DNA of 64,000 bases from Epiperipatus broadwayi (Eukaryota; Animalia; Onychophora): NCBI GenBank assembly GCA_028023455.1, contig JAQFVV010000003.1:2666001-2730000 (forward strand), in the 5' to 3' direction. Shown here one piece after another: positions 13,848-25,527 of the stretch (the stretch's first letter is position 1; every line of letters starts with the position of its first letter). Below the pieces are notes generated by a model. The model was not told the DNA's origin, did not search any database, and saw only the letters and a list, made by a program, of their open reading frames with translations. Made by a program: the position numbers and the translations under genes.

Positions 13848-15137
13848 TTGGAAAGTTTAGAAGAATGTTTTTGTATGTACGAGGCAAGGGAAGAAGAAAA
13901 AATAATTATAGCAAGTAATTATTCGGTGGGCATGGCAAGAGATTGGTGGAGAACGATACAGAAAAGACCAGACAATTTCAAACAGTATAAAAATAAATTA
14001 ATACATACGTTTTGGAAAGTAAAGAGACAACAAAAGTTACAAAGAGTGGTAGAAATAGAAAGGTATAAAAAAGAAGAAGGGATAGGATATAGACAGTTCT
14101 TTTTAAAGCAAATGATAAAATTGAGAAGGCTGATAGAATATTTTATTGCTGAATGGCAAATTATAACTATTATAAAAAAAAATTTGCCGCAAAATATACG
14201 AGAAAGATTAGCTGTCTATAGGTGCAAAGGTGTGGAAGACATATTGGAAGTTCTTAGAGAGGAAGAAAATGTACAGGAAGAAGAGAAACAAGAACAACTT
14301 CCTAAGCTGTTAAATGTAGTAATTGAGGAAGAAGAGAAAATACAAATGATGGCAGAACAAACTTGCCCTATGATAATGATAAAAATACAGGGAATAGAGA
14401 TACAAGCCCTACTAGACACGGGGAGTCAAGTCTTGATAATCTCAAATAAAATATTAGATCAAATCAGAGATCAGAAGAGGGAAATACAGTTGTTACCATT
14501 AAGAAAGTCTGAAATAACTATGGCTAATGGCAAAAGAGTTAAGTTAGACCCTATACAAATATACAGGAAAATACAAGTGGGAAGAAAAAAAATACAGCAT
14601 ACATTATTATCAATGTCAGGTTTGGTAGAAGATCTTATATTGGGGTCGGATTTTATGCACCGAACTGGGACGAAAATTAATTATAGTGAAAAGAATACAT
14701 TGATAGGAAATGAAAAGGTGCCATTTAGTGGATATAGCAGACAGAGTGATAACAAGGTAGCTTACATGGTAATTAATGACCTATACCAAGAAATAGAATG
14801 TAAAATAACTGAGTTAGATAATAATAATAGGGGCTGGAAAAGTCGACTTAAAGAGGCACTTTTGAAAAATGAACAAGTATTCGTCATTAAACCCGGAATT
14901 ATAAAGGGATATGTTCATCGGATAAAGGTGAAAGAAGAAACTCATTTTCAGGGTAGGTCGTACCCAGTCCCTGTCAAATATAAAGAGAAAGTTGATAAAC
15001 AAATACAACAAATGGAACAATGGGGTATTATAAAAAAACAACAGTCACCGTATATAAACCCTTTAGTAATTGTAAAAAAAAAAGACGGCTCTATGAGAGT
15101 ATGCTTAGATGCTCATCAATACTATTACTATACCTGA
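13848..15137 (+). pseudogene. Gypsy gag (C-part) - aspartic protease - RT N-terminus
   Basis: ALLDTGS protease motif; SPYINPLVIVKKKDGSMRVCLD RT motif; ends at a stop/frameshift. Confidence 0.9.
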
Positions 15138-15231
15138 TCGGGATGTGCCACCCTGAATTACAGATTTACTGTTGGAATTTAAGAAAAAAAATATTTTTCG
15201 TCATTCGATTTGACATCAAGTTACTTGGCAG

Positions 15232-15591
15232 ATGGCGCTTCATGCTGAGGATCAAAAATACACGGCATTCCATTATGAAGGCTTTACATACATGTTTCAA
15301 CGAGTTCCGTGTGGACTAATTAACAGTGGATCAGGGCTATTACAATGTTTAGACCAGGTACTTTCTCTGAGGGTAAAAGAATTTATACTCTATTATATGG
15401 AAGGTGTTGTGATTGCATCACGATCTCCTCAGGAACATTTAGAAAATTTAGTTGTGTTTCTTTGTGAGTGTCACAAAAAGAATATTACAATAAATCTGAA
15501 GAAAAGTAATATATTTCAGGAAGAAATATTATTTCTCGGTCATCTCATATGTGCTAAAGGGGTGAGACTCCATCCTGACAAGATAGAGTGA
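15232..15591 (+). pseudogene. Gypsy RT core fragment
   Basis: YTAF...YMFQRVPCGL; YMEG in place of YxDD; NLKKS...FLGH. Confidence 0.9.
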
Positions 15592-16044
15592 TTGTTAAAT
15601 TCCCCCAACCAAAGAATAGAAAACAGATTAGATCATTCCTTGGTATATGTAACATCTATCAAAGGTTCTACAAGGATTTTTCTAGATACAGAAGCACTTG
15701 TGCATTTACCGAGAAAAGAAAGCAAGTGGGAATGGATGGAAAAACAAGAGCAAGCATTTAAACAAATCAAAGAAAATTTTGCAGATACTGTAACACTCGC
15801 CTATCTGGATTTCACCAAATCTTTTAGGTTACAAACTGATAGTAGTAATGTAGGATTGGGAGCGGTACTGTTTCAAGAGAATGAAGAGAAGATATCGCAG
15901 GTTTTGTATTTTTTAAGTAGGACATTAAATCCAGCGGAAAGAAATTATACCACTATGGAAAGGGAGGCATTGGCAATTGTTTGGGCATTAAATAAACTTA
16001 AGCATTTACTTTTAGGGTCTGAGGTTATTATCATAAAAGCTTAG
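15592..16044 (+). pseudogene. Gypsy RT connection / RNase H fragment
   Basis: FRLQTDSSNVGLGAVL; SRTLNPAERNYTTMEREALAIVWAL. Confidence 0.9.
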
Positions 16045-16181
16045 AGTTTATAAATAGGTGTTACTTAACTAATGATAGGCTTATAAGATGGGCATTATAC
16101 TTACAGAAGTTTAATTACAGGGTAATTCATTGCTCCAGGAAAGAAAATATAGTACCAGATATATTAAGCAGAAATCTGCTT

Positions 16182-16913
16182 ATGGATCACAGTCAAAATT
16201 TAACACTGGAGGGAGCTCGATTAATATCTCTTAAAGCAGATTCTGCAGTATTGATAGAGAAAGATTTGAAAAGACTCCATTTTTTACAAAACTCGGACAC
16301 TACGTGCAGGAAGCTGATACAAGGCTATAAAGGAGCAAATGTCAGACAACAAAAAAATTGCACGCAAAAAAAAAACAAATTATGTCAGTATAAAATAATA
16401 AATGGGTTGTTGATGTTTCAGGTTAGAAAAGGAGTAGATTGTTGGAGAGCATTTATACCACAAAATATAAGGGAAAGGCTAATAAAGTATGTACATGGTA
16501 TATATGGGCATTATGGATCTCTTAAAACAAGTAAACTTATACAGAGATGGTATTATTGGCCAAGTTTGTATAGGTCAGTGGTTACTACCTTACAGGGGTG
16601 CCATGAGTGTCGGCAAAGTAAACCAGCTAATAAAAATTACACTGGGACACCGGCACCCATAATAGCTAAGAACCCAAATGAGCTTCTAGCCATAGATTTT
16701 TACGACCCACTACCGTCATTTCGTAGATATAAATATATATTGGTGGCCTTTGATGTTTTCTTGAAATTAGTACAGGCTTATCCCCTACAAAAGGCTGACG
16801 CCAGGTCTTTCATAACAGTGCTAAAAGAAAAACAATTTGTTCAAGTTGGCAAACCTCGGACGACTTTGAGTGACCATGGAACTCCTTTTATATCGAGAGA
16901 ATGGAAGAATTGA
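16182..16913 (+). pseudogene. Gypsy integrase (HHCC and core)
   Basis: H...GHYG...CHEC zinc finger; AIDF, YILVAFD, SDHGTPFIS; ends at a premature stop. Confidence 0.9.
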
Positions 16914-16985
16914 CTTCAGCAAGAACAGATACATCACATTCTCACCTCTATCCGTAACCCTCAATCTAACCCTTGTGAACGGGTT

Positions 16986-17501
16986 ATGAAAGAATTGGGG
17001 AACTTATTTCGCATACATTTGAAAGTTAACCATCAACAGTGGTTTAAAGTATTGCCACAAATGGTTAAAATAATTAATTATACATACCACGAATCTACAG
17101 GGTTAACTCCAGAATGCTTGCACTACAGTCGAGTTGAGCCTTCTCTCCTCGAGTGTCCCATTCCTACTGTTACTGAAACAATAAATGTAATGGAAGATCG
17201 AAGCTTTGCTGGAGACAGATTAAAGAAAAAAGCTGAACAGAGAATAAAGAAGAGGAATGCTTGCCCAATACAATTTACAGTAGGTGACTGGGTTTGTGTT
17301 AAAACTCGGCCAGTTAGCAAATTAAGTGATAAACAATATAAAAAGTTTTTCCCTCTCTTCGAAAGCCCATACAGGATCATCCAAAAATGCGGACCTAATG
17401 CATTTATAATACAAGGTAAAAGAAATAAAAAGTGCACTTATAATGCACGAAGCCTAAAATCTTTTAAAGAAAAGGATGAAAAGACCTCACAGCGTGATTA
17501 A
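16986..17501 (+). pseudogene. Gypsy integrase C-terminal part
   Basis: Follows PQSNPCER; contains HESTGLTP and GDWVCVK...KFFPLFESPY (GPY/F-like). Confidence 0.85.
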
Positions 17502-17544
17502 AAGTTTTTTTTTTAAGTTTTTTTTTTTGTTTGTTGGAAAAGGG

Positions 17545-19114
17545 TGCAATGAGCTGGTATTTTTCTGCCAGCTCATAATCATAAATATAAATACACATAT
17601 ATTTTGTAAAAATAAAATATATACACTGTAATAAACTTATTTTATTAGAAATAAACAAACACGTACTTTTCTATCAGCTCATATATATTTTGTTAAAATA
17701 TATTTTGTTAAAATATAAATATTGTTTTATAATACATAATTTTAAAAAAATAAATTAACCCCTAATTTTAAAATGGAGTTTTAAGAAGTTAAAATAAATT
17801 AGATCAAGATCTTGTTTTTTTGATAAAAGTTTGTCTTTTGTTAGTCTTTAAAAAAATTCTTAAAGATAGAAAGAAAAAGAAAGCAATTAGTTCTATTGTT
17901 GGGACTTTGATAGTGAAGGTATTTTTATGCTATCTATTATGCTGATCAATTGGAATGTTTCTTTGGGATTTTAAAATAAAATATGAAATAAAAGAAGAGA
18001 ATATGAAAGGTGTGAACTGAGACTTTAAAAAAAAAAAAAAAACTATAAATTACAGACTTTCCTTTTGTTCTAAATTAATGGGATTTCTGCCGAGGTCAAT
18101 ATCTAATCTATAAGTTTTAATTCGGCTCAGACTTTTGAATATTAAAGATCTGAAAAGTGCAAGAAGAAAATGTTGAGCGGCTAGATCTAACAGAACTTTT
18201 CCTTCTGGGAACCTCTTCCTATTACCACCTGGAACTGCCCTGTAAATGCCGGACATAGAGAGCTAGCCGAGGAGAATGGACTGGAAGAAGACACAGACAA
18301 ACCACGAAGAATATAAAGTGAAATATTCCACCCACACAGGATCTACACTGATTGATCATGGTAAATAGACTTTTTTTTGTTATAATTTCAAGAGTCATTT
18401 GCATAATAGAATTTTAAAAAAAGAAAGAAATGCCTTCACTTCAAATATCTCAAAGTTTCAGCAATAGAAAGGGAGGGATATGTAGTCTTTAAGTAGATGT
18501 ATTTACTAATTCAAATTAATCCACATTATATTGGTTTTTTTTTATTATTTAATTTTTTTTTGGTTACGTTCTATTAATTAAACTTACCTTTAGTTTCTAG
18601 GATTGTTGTTCTTATAATGTATAGATAGGAATAAGAAAAATTGTATACTCGATCTAAGGACAAGTAAAAATTTAAGATAAAAAGATTTAACATTAGAAAG
18701 AGGAGGTTTGAGTGAGTTTGTTTTTAACAAACACACTCTTATAGTAAGTCGCCCTTGAGTTCACTCATAGTTATATACCATGATATTTGATGAAATATTG
18801 TATAATTGGTAAAGTGACAGCACATGTTCCTTCGAGAATGATACATATTAATTCTTGATTAGAAAGAAAAAGGATCGGGAGGGTTTGATTTGACAAATAC
18901 GAGGGAAGGGAATAACCAACAAATAGAATAAAGGTATAATAAATATTTCAACAATAGTGAAGTGTCGAGTTGTTGTTTTTTTTGTTTATTATAATTAATT
19001 CTTATAATTCATTTTATAATCTTTTGGTCCATTAAAAGAAAATTATTTTGAGATTTACATTTGGTGATTGCCGTTTGTAAATAAATTAACCGTTATTATA
19101 GAAATTTTATAATA
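17545..19114 (+). repeat. 3' LTR
   Basis: Starts TGCAATGAGCTGG after the PPT; ends AAATTTTATAATA. Confidence 0.9.
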
Positions 19115-19739
19115 TGGTTTGACCACAAGTCATTCTGACCCCTCATATATAGGAATCCATTTGCATATATATATATATAAGGGATGGCCAGACCTTACAG
19201 CACTTTATTTTGAAATAAAATTTTAGGTAAACTTGTTGCATGTAGATATAATAAAATGAATTTAATGTCTGTGGGGAAAGATTGGACTGAGAGAGAACTT
19301 TTTTTTTTTGTAATTTAACTTTCAATGTACTTAAAAAAAGATTATATAACTTCAGTGATATTCAATCTAGAATATTTATATTCTACTGTTGTAATAAAAA
19401 AATATCTAAAATGGGTGCATAAAAAAAATCTGTTAATGTATGATGTCAGAAGGTTTTTTTTATTTTAAGTAAAACTGAAAACAATTTTATCAAAATATCA
19501 TCTGTAGAGGCAATTTTATTTTCTTCTTTTTTTTTTGGTGATTTGCTGTGACATGTTTGTTAATTCTGAATGATTACTTCCCTAGCTTCTAATTCTCACA
19601 CCGTTCATTCAGAATTAATGTATATCTAAAAAAATAAACTCAAGTATTACATTAACAAGTCAGAAACACATCATTTTAAATAGTTTGTTGAAATAGTTCA
19701 TAGATTAAAATTTTGATTAGCTAAAACAACTTATCCAGA

Positions 19740-20090
19740 TGTATAGAGATGCATGTTGGGAGTAACAAGAAGAGATTGAAAATGCAATATATGGATAAAA
19801 GAACAAACAGGCGTTACTAACCTCATTGAAAAAATTAAAACACTGAAGTGGAGTTGGGCTGGACGTATTGCTAGAATAGATGATAATAGATGGACAATTG
19901 GAATCTTAAACTGGATTCCAAGAGATTGAAAAAGACCCAGAAAAGGACCACATGTGAGATGGATGGATGAAATAAGAAAGTGAGCAGGCGTGGTGTGGAG
20001 AAGAGAAGCTAAAAATCAGAAATGATGGGTTGAACTTGGAGAGACCTTCATCCTGCAGTGGATTGATAATGATTGATGACAATGATAGAG
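19740..20090 (+). mobile_element. RTE-clade LINE 3' fragment
   Basis: Translates to KWSWAGRIARIDDNRWTIGILNWIPRD*KRPRKGPHVRWMDEI, typical of the RTE C-terminus; (GAT)-like tail. Confidence 0.85.
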
Positions 20091-20579
20091 AGTTTTCCAC
20101 TGTTATCCAGATGCTATAGTTTAAGTACACCTTTATTCATTTATTAATTGTTATAGATAAGAAATAACTACTATAATATTTATTTGTAAAATAAAAAATT
20201 GTTTAATTGTGAAAAAAATATTAAAAACAAATAAAATAAATAATGAATGATTTTATTGTCTGGGAATTCACATGAAGTTCTATGGAAAAAAAATTAAATT
20301 TATAATGGATACAATTTATATAGTAAATAATGAATCCTTTAAAATTTTAATTATTTATGGCTAAATTATATATTAATAATTTTGGAAATGTGTAATTAGA
20401 TAAATTATAATTGAAGGTATGTTGATAAAAAAAGGTGAATATTATTGATATAAAGTAATAACAATAAGATCATCTTGCAAATCACAAATGCCATTTCACA
20501 GTCACTAAACTAAAAGTAGCTGGGGAAAAGCTGTATAAGTAAAATGATATTTCTAGAACTGAAGTGAAAAATTCTTCGA

Positions 20580-21067
20580 GATATCAAACATAATAAATAT
20601 GACATGATCACCATTTCTTATGCTTGCTTATAACTGTTATTAAAACAGGCAAAACTCTCTATATGTATTGCCACTCAGTGCAAGTCAGAATAATCAAAAA
20701 AGAACCAAAGACATCAAAATGTATAGGTACTGAACTGAGTTTAGAACTATATGACTATATAAGCTAATGAGCTTGGATTGAAAATATTATAGTGTTTTCA
20801 ATTTGAGACTCATAGTTTTGTAGTTAAGTAGAGATAAAAGGTGGCTGCTGGAGGGTTGCATTAGATCCTAAGATCTAGGCGCAGTGCTCTCAGATCCAAG
20901 GATCCTCACTGACGAAGACCACAAGCCAGAAACTAGTCTGGGGATATTGGATGAGTAGGCACTTGATGGGGATTTTATGCACAAGTCTTCTGACATCCAT
21001 TGATTACTCTGGCTTGCACTGAGTGGCAATACGTATAGAGAGTTTTGCCTGTTTTGATATCAACATA
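20580..21067 (+). mobile_element. Hammerhead-bearing repeat insertion, family A (short reverse arm + forward arm)
   Basis: 56-bp inverted match 20642-20697 / 21000-21055; homologous to 53216-54224; flanks GATATCAAACATA / GATATCAACATA. Confidence 0.8.
20902..20945 (+). ncRNA. Type I hammerhead ribozyme motif (family A)
   Basis: atcctca CTGACGA agaccacaagcca GAAA ctag TC tggggat; 7-bp helix I, palindromic ACTAGT helix III, GUC triplet; helix II base is A.A. Confidence 0.75.
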
Positions 21068-21399
21068 GATAATATTTTATATTATAAATGTGTGACAAAT
21101 GAAATATGGACCATAATATGAAATGACAAGATGCGACTGAAAATCTCCAGTCTGTTTTTGAACAATTGTGTTAGCAAGTTTCAACTAAATAATATAAAAG
21201 CTTAAAATATTTGTGATGCAGACAACGTTTCACATTTGCTATTGTATCTATTATTCATCACCTCATTTAAATATATGATAATTAATTTTTTGTACGCTAT
21301 TCTTAATAATATTCTCCACAGATATTTATATTTTCCACAGAATGTAATGTTTTTTTTCTATGAAGAATGGAATTGGTCATTTCTTTAAACTCTGTTTAA

Positions 21400-23600
21400 T
21401 GTCATATAATTCGATATCTATAAATAATTTTTTGAAACAAAGATGGTCCATCTCTTAGTATTAAAAGTGTCACGAGTGTTTCCATATTTTGTCTATCTTT
21501 TACGTAGGTATATATTATTATTTTTTTAACTACATTCGCATTTTTTTACGTAATTATTTTTAAAATTCAAACAATTCTTCAAATGAAAACTAATGATGCG
21601 TAATCTACTATTTTTGTTTTTAATTAATTTCAGCTTAAATCCTTTTCTTTTAGTAAAAACTAAAAAGCGATTAGGTAATCAAGTTATATTTTCCTTTTAT
21701 TTACATTTCTCAGAAACGCGCATTATTTAAATTGTTGTAACTAAACGTTTCTATATATATATTTTAAAAAGTGAATTAGTAAGGTTTATGAATTATTTAC
21801 AAAAACTGGATTAAATTTAAAAAGAAAATTGAATTTGTACTTTTAAATTTAAGTTCGTAATATTATTTCTACTTGGAAATATAAAGAAATAAGACTGAAA
21901 TTTCAAACGAATGGAATAAACCTTTCTATTAACAAGAAATGTAATTACTTCTAACGTTTGTCTCACTTTTAAAGAACTTTTCGTTTCCAAAAGTGATTTA
22001 GATCGAGATTTTACCTATTCCATTAAATTAAAATCACAGTCAAGTAATAAAAACAAAACTTAGCGTCCCTACCGAGACTAGGATTAGACAATTTTTAGCT
22101 CCGCACATGCTCAATGATAGCCTCTTCAAATATGGCGGCCGAGGCTGTCATAGAGCCAGGCGCTGGAATTATTGTTTTACAGTGTTTTTCTCTAGGACTT
22201 TTTATTATTATTGGCGGTATTGGAAATGCAGTTGTTATTTATACGTTTGTTCGCCGTGGAAATCTATATCGTCCACCTTATTATTATGTACTAAATCTTG
22301 CCGTCTTGGATGTAGCGCGTTCATTGTTATGTTTCCCCTTTGTTATGAGTACTGCAATACATCACATGCATTGGAAATACGGAGATGAAGTTTGCAAACT
22401 GTTAGCTTTTGCTAATACATTTTGTCTGTTTGGAAGTGTTATAAGTATATTTATTATCGCAGTTGATAGGTATACAGCCGTAGTACATAGTCAATATCAC
22501 AGTAGGAGATTCAAAGGAGCTATTTGCATAGCCATTGTTTTGATCGGCTGGGGGGCTGCATTTCTTTTTGCGTTTCCACCAGTGTTCGGTTTAGGAACAT
22601 ATAGCTATCGACCGTTAGAAGCGCAATGTACTTTTGAACACCGATATTTTAAAAGTAACGATACTTTAGGATTTGAACTTATATTAGCAATATTATTATT
22701 AATGACCAATGTTATTTATTTGCGTATTTTTATGTTTGTGAGGGCTCATCGCCGGATGCGACCTGTAATGTATCAACCCGCCGTTAGCAACAACTGGACT
22801 TTTTACGGCCCTGGAGCAAATGCAAATAATCGTCGTAATTGGAGAGCCAGTTATGGGCCATTAATTCAAGGCATTCCAATCGCGGTTATTGGACAAAATC
22901 AACAGGCTCAGACCCATCGGTTTGAGTTGCAGCCCGTCAAAAATGAAAAAATCACACGGGTATGTTTTGCTGTGAATTTGGCTTTCATGATCACGTGGAT
23001 GCCTCATCTGATAGTGTCGTTTTGGTATACATTTGATTTAAGTCAGAGTGTACCCCACGGGTTAGTAACTATGGCAGCATGGTGGAGTTTTATGTCCGTT
23101 GTTGCTAACCCTATAATCTACGTTTTTATGTGTCCCAGATTTAGGCGAGCTTTAAACATTATACGGTTGAACAGGAGACATGATCGTGAAGATCCGGATC
23201 CTGAACCTCAATCAGAGGATCAGGAACAATAATAAAAACAAAATCAAAGATTGTAATACATATTTGTGAATTTATTCTAAAGTAGATTTATAAACAAATC
23301 CGGCCATGATTCATGGTAATATTTTTTAAATTTTATAATACTTGTATTTAAATCTGCCCTCAGTGAGGCTTGTCCATTAATTCATATACAACTCCAAAAC
23401 ACTATTGACCAACGCAATTTGGGCTTTCTTGACATGTGACTAAATACTCCTCCCCCCTCAATATTCTTTTGTTTCTTTATTAATGGAAAAATTTCTAAAG
23501 AAAAAATCCGTGTAAATAGCCCTAAGGAGGGCGCTGTGACCAATTGTATTTTTGCCGGACTATTGGTGCTTCATTTAGACAACAAGGTACTTAAAATAAC
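21400..23600. promoter_or_regulatory. CpG-retaining region over the GPCR upstream region and CDS
   Basis: CG dinucleotides are frequent here (by eye) but rare in most of the window; boundaries approximate. Confidence 0.45.
22114..23232 (+). CDS. Intronless class A GPCR, SREB family (GPR27/GPR85/GPR173-like)
   Basis: 372-aa intact ORF with 7 hydrophobic segments; GN, NLAVLD, DRY, WMP, NPIIY; ECL2 QCTFEHRYFKSNDTLGF and ICL3 RRMRPV..PAVSNNWTFYGPGA match my recollection of vertebrate SREB signatures. Start could be 22132. AATAAA at 23231-23236. Confidence 0.92.
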   Translation: MIASSNMAAEAVIEPGAGIIVLQCFSLGLFIIIGGIGNAVVIYTFVRRGNLYRPPYYYVLNLAVLDVARSLLCFPFVMSTAIHHMHWKYGDEVCKLLAFANTFCLFGSVISIFIIAVDRYTAVVHSQYHSRRFKGAICIAIVLIGWGAAFLFAFPPVFGLGTYSYRPLEAQCTFEHRYFKSNDTLGFELILAILLLMTNVIYLRIFMFVRAHRRMRPVMYQPAVSNNWTFYGPGANANNRRNWRASYGPLIQGIPIAVIGQNQQAQTHRFELQPVKNEKITRVCFAVNLAFMITWMPHLIVSFWYTFDLSQSVPHGLVTMAAWWSFMSVVANPIIYVFMCPRFRRALNIIRLNRRHDREDPDPEPQSEDQEQ

Positions 23601-25383
23601 AGCATTGCTATGCAGATTTTAGCTGAATTATTCAGAAAGCCATATTATTTGGCCTTTGTAAATTATTATTTTTTCATCAATTCTTTGAAATCAGAATTAA
23701 GGGATTTTTTTTTTTTTTTACTTTTGAACATGCCAAAGAATTTATTGATCTGTTCATAGAAATCTATTTTGACATAACTATAGTTAGCTTAATTTAATAA
23801 TGTTTACTATTATTTACTATTCAGTATGTTTATATACTGTTCTTGTCGTATAATTTCTTTTTATATTAGTTCTGTTAAATGTTCTTTAATTTTAAAATGT
23901 TTATATATATAATTTGTAAATATTTATAAAGATTTTATGAACAGATGTTTCTTTATTTTTTAATTCTTTATTGCTCTATAGTCTTTTGTTTTTTAATATG
24001 TAAAAAGACATTAAGTAATTAATGAATGTGATATTAGCTAAAGTAAGTAGACATTTATGATTGTGAAATAGTACGATTTTTTTTTTTTTTTTTGACGCCT
24101 GTAAATGATTTTCACCTTCAAATTTTTCTTTGACGATAAAAAGGTGCCAGATCCATTGTAGTAAGATTTTCACATAATTCTGAAGAAAGTGATGGTTGCG
24201 TCCTATTATTATCAGTATGAAATTCTTAGAAATGGAATAAATTTTTTAACAGATTTAATTAATTATTGTGTAATGTTTAATTGTCAAGTGTAAGTAATTG
24301 ATTTATTTCTGCTTATGTGTATAACTCGTAGACCATATTTTATTACGTATAATGATAATTGATTTATCAAAGCGATTATCGATTGATAATATTAACTAAT
24401 AAATTAAATTGCTTTGTTCTCATTCTGAATGACTTGAATAAATGCAAAAAAAAAAAAAAAAATAGCATATTAAATTTAAGCCATACCTTAATATAGAACA
24501 AAATTGCTCGTAAGAAGTAAAAGTTTCAAATTATTCTTGGTAATGCAATTTGTCTCGCGATATTGAGAGAGGAAAGAGAGATTTTTGAACGCCCCCTCCC
24601 AATATATTAAAAATAACAGAATTTATATCTATATTTTTTTTACACGAATGACCATGTTCGCAGAGCTAATCTAGTTCCCATTTGTGAGATGAATTAACTA
24701 TACAGTATAAATTATTTAAACATTTTTGTAGTAAGAAAAGAATTAGAATTATTTGTCCACCAGATGACGTTTGAGCACCGACATCAGATTTAAACCACAA
24801 TCCAGCAATGTTTAAGCCATTGCATTAAACCAGGCATAGTTATTATTCCAATAAATGAATTTAGGCAGCATTTGTGTTTGCGTGTAATTTTCACAAAAAT
24901 AAAACGAAAAAATGGAGTCAATAAATCATGAGATTAAAATCAACTTGCAATTAGAGTTGTTCCGTATGACAATTTTGACTTTTGAATCATTAAAAAAAAA
25001 AACATGTTTTAAATAAATAAGATACCACGTTTATTAAAGTATCGGTTCAAAATTTCCCTTCCGTTCTAAATATGATCATTAAAAAAAAAAAAAATGTGGG
25101 CATAAATATGTCTAATATTAAAATTAATCTTAATTAAATGTGTACATGTATCCATGTGTTTCACAAAATGGTAGAATGGCAGCAAACAGAACGGTACATT
25201 CAAATAGATGTTTTTAAATAACAACTTGAGGCTTCCCAAATGTAAGGGACTCCAAAAGTTAAATTGACAAGAATTTTTAAGATTTGATGAACTTGACTCT
25301 GATTAAAGGCTTTTCAACATAATAATGCTTCTGACCAAAAGTCTTTGGTGTGGTCTAAGTGATAGTAAAAGATCTAGAAAGAG

Positions 25384-25527
25384 ATCCTATGTGAAATGAA
25401 TGGATAAAATAGAAAATTTTGTTGGTGTGATAAGGAGAAGAGAGATTGCGAATCAAAAAAATGGATTAAATTTGAAGAGACATCCTGTAATGGATAGACA
25501 ATGGCTGAAAATAGTGATAATGATAAA
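25384..25527 (+). mobile_element. Diverged RTE 3' end fragment
   Basis: Loosely collinear with 19950-20085, ending in a GATAAT tail. Confidence 0.45.

Larger units (their letters stand above)
11941..19114 (+). mobile_element. Ty3/Gypsy LTR retrotransposon, both LTRs present, pol disrupted
   Basis: Two ~1.56-kb direct repeats flanking gag-PR-RT-RNaseH-IN order; polypurine tract GGAAAAGGG at 17536-17544 before the 3' LTR. No TSD found. Confidence 0.95.

Noticed and set aside
20642-21055. Interpretation as a classical MITE with 56-bp TIRs
   Set aside because: Other copies show different arm lengths and tandem monomers, so the arms come from internal inversion, not fixed termini.
22107-22388. 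93-aa ORF overlapping the GPCR
   Set aside because: Alternative frame of the GPCR CDS; noted only as a possible upstream ATG.
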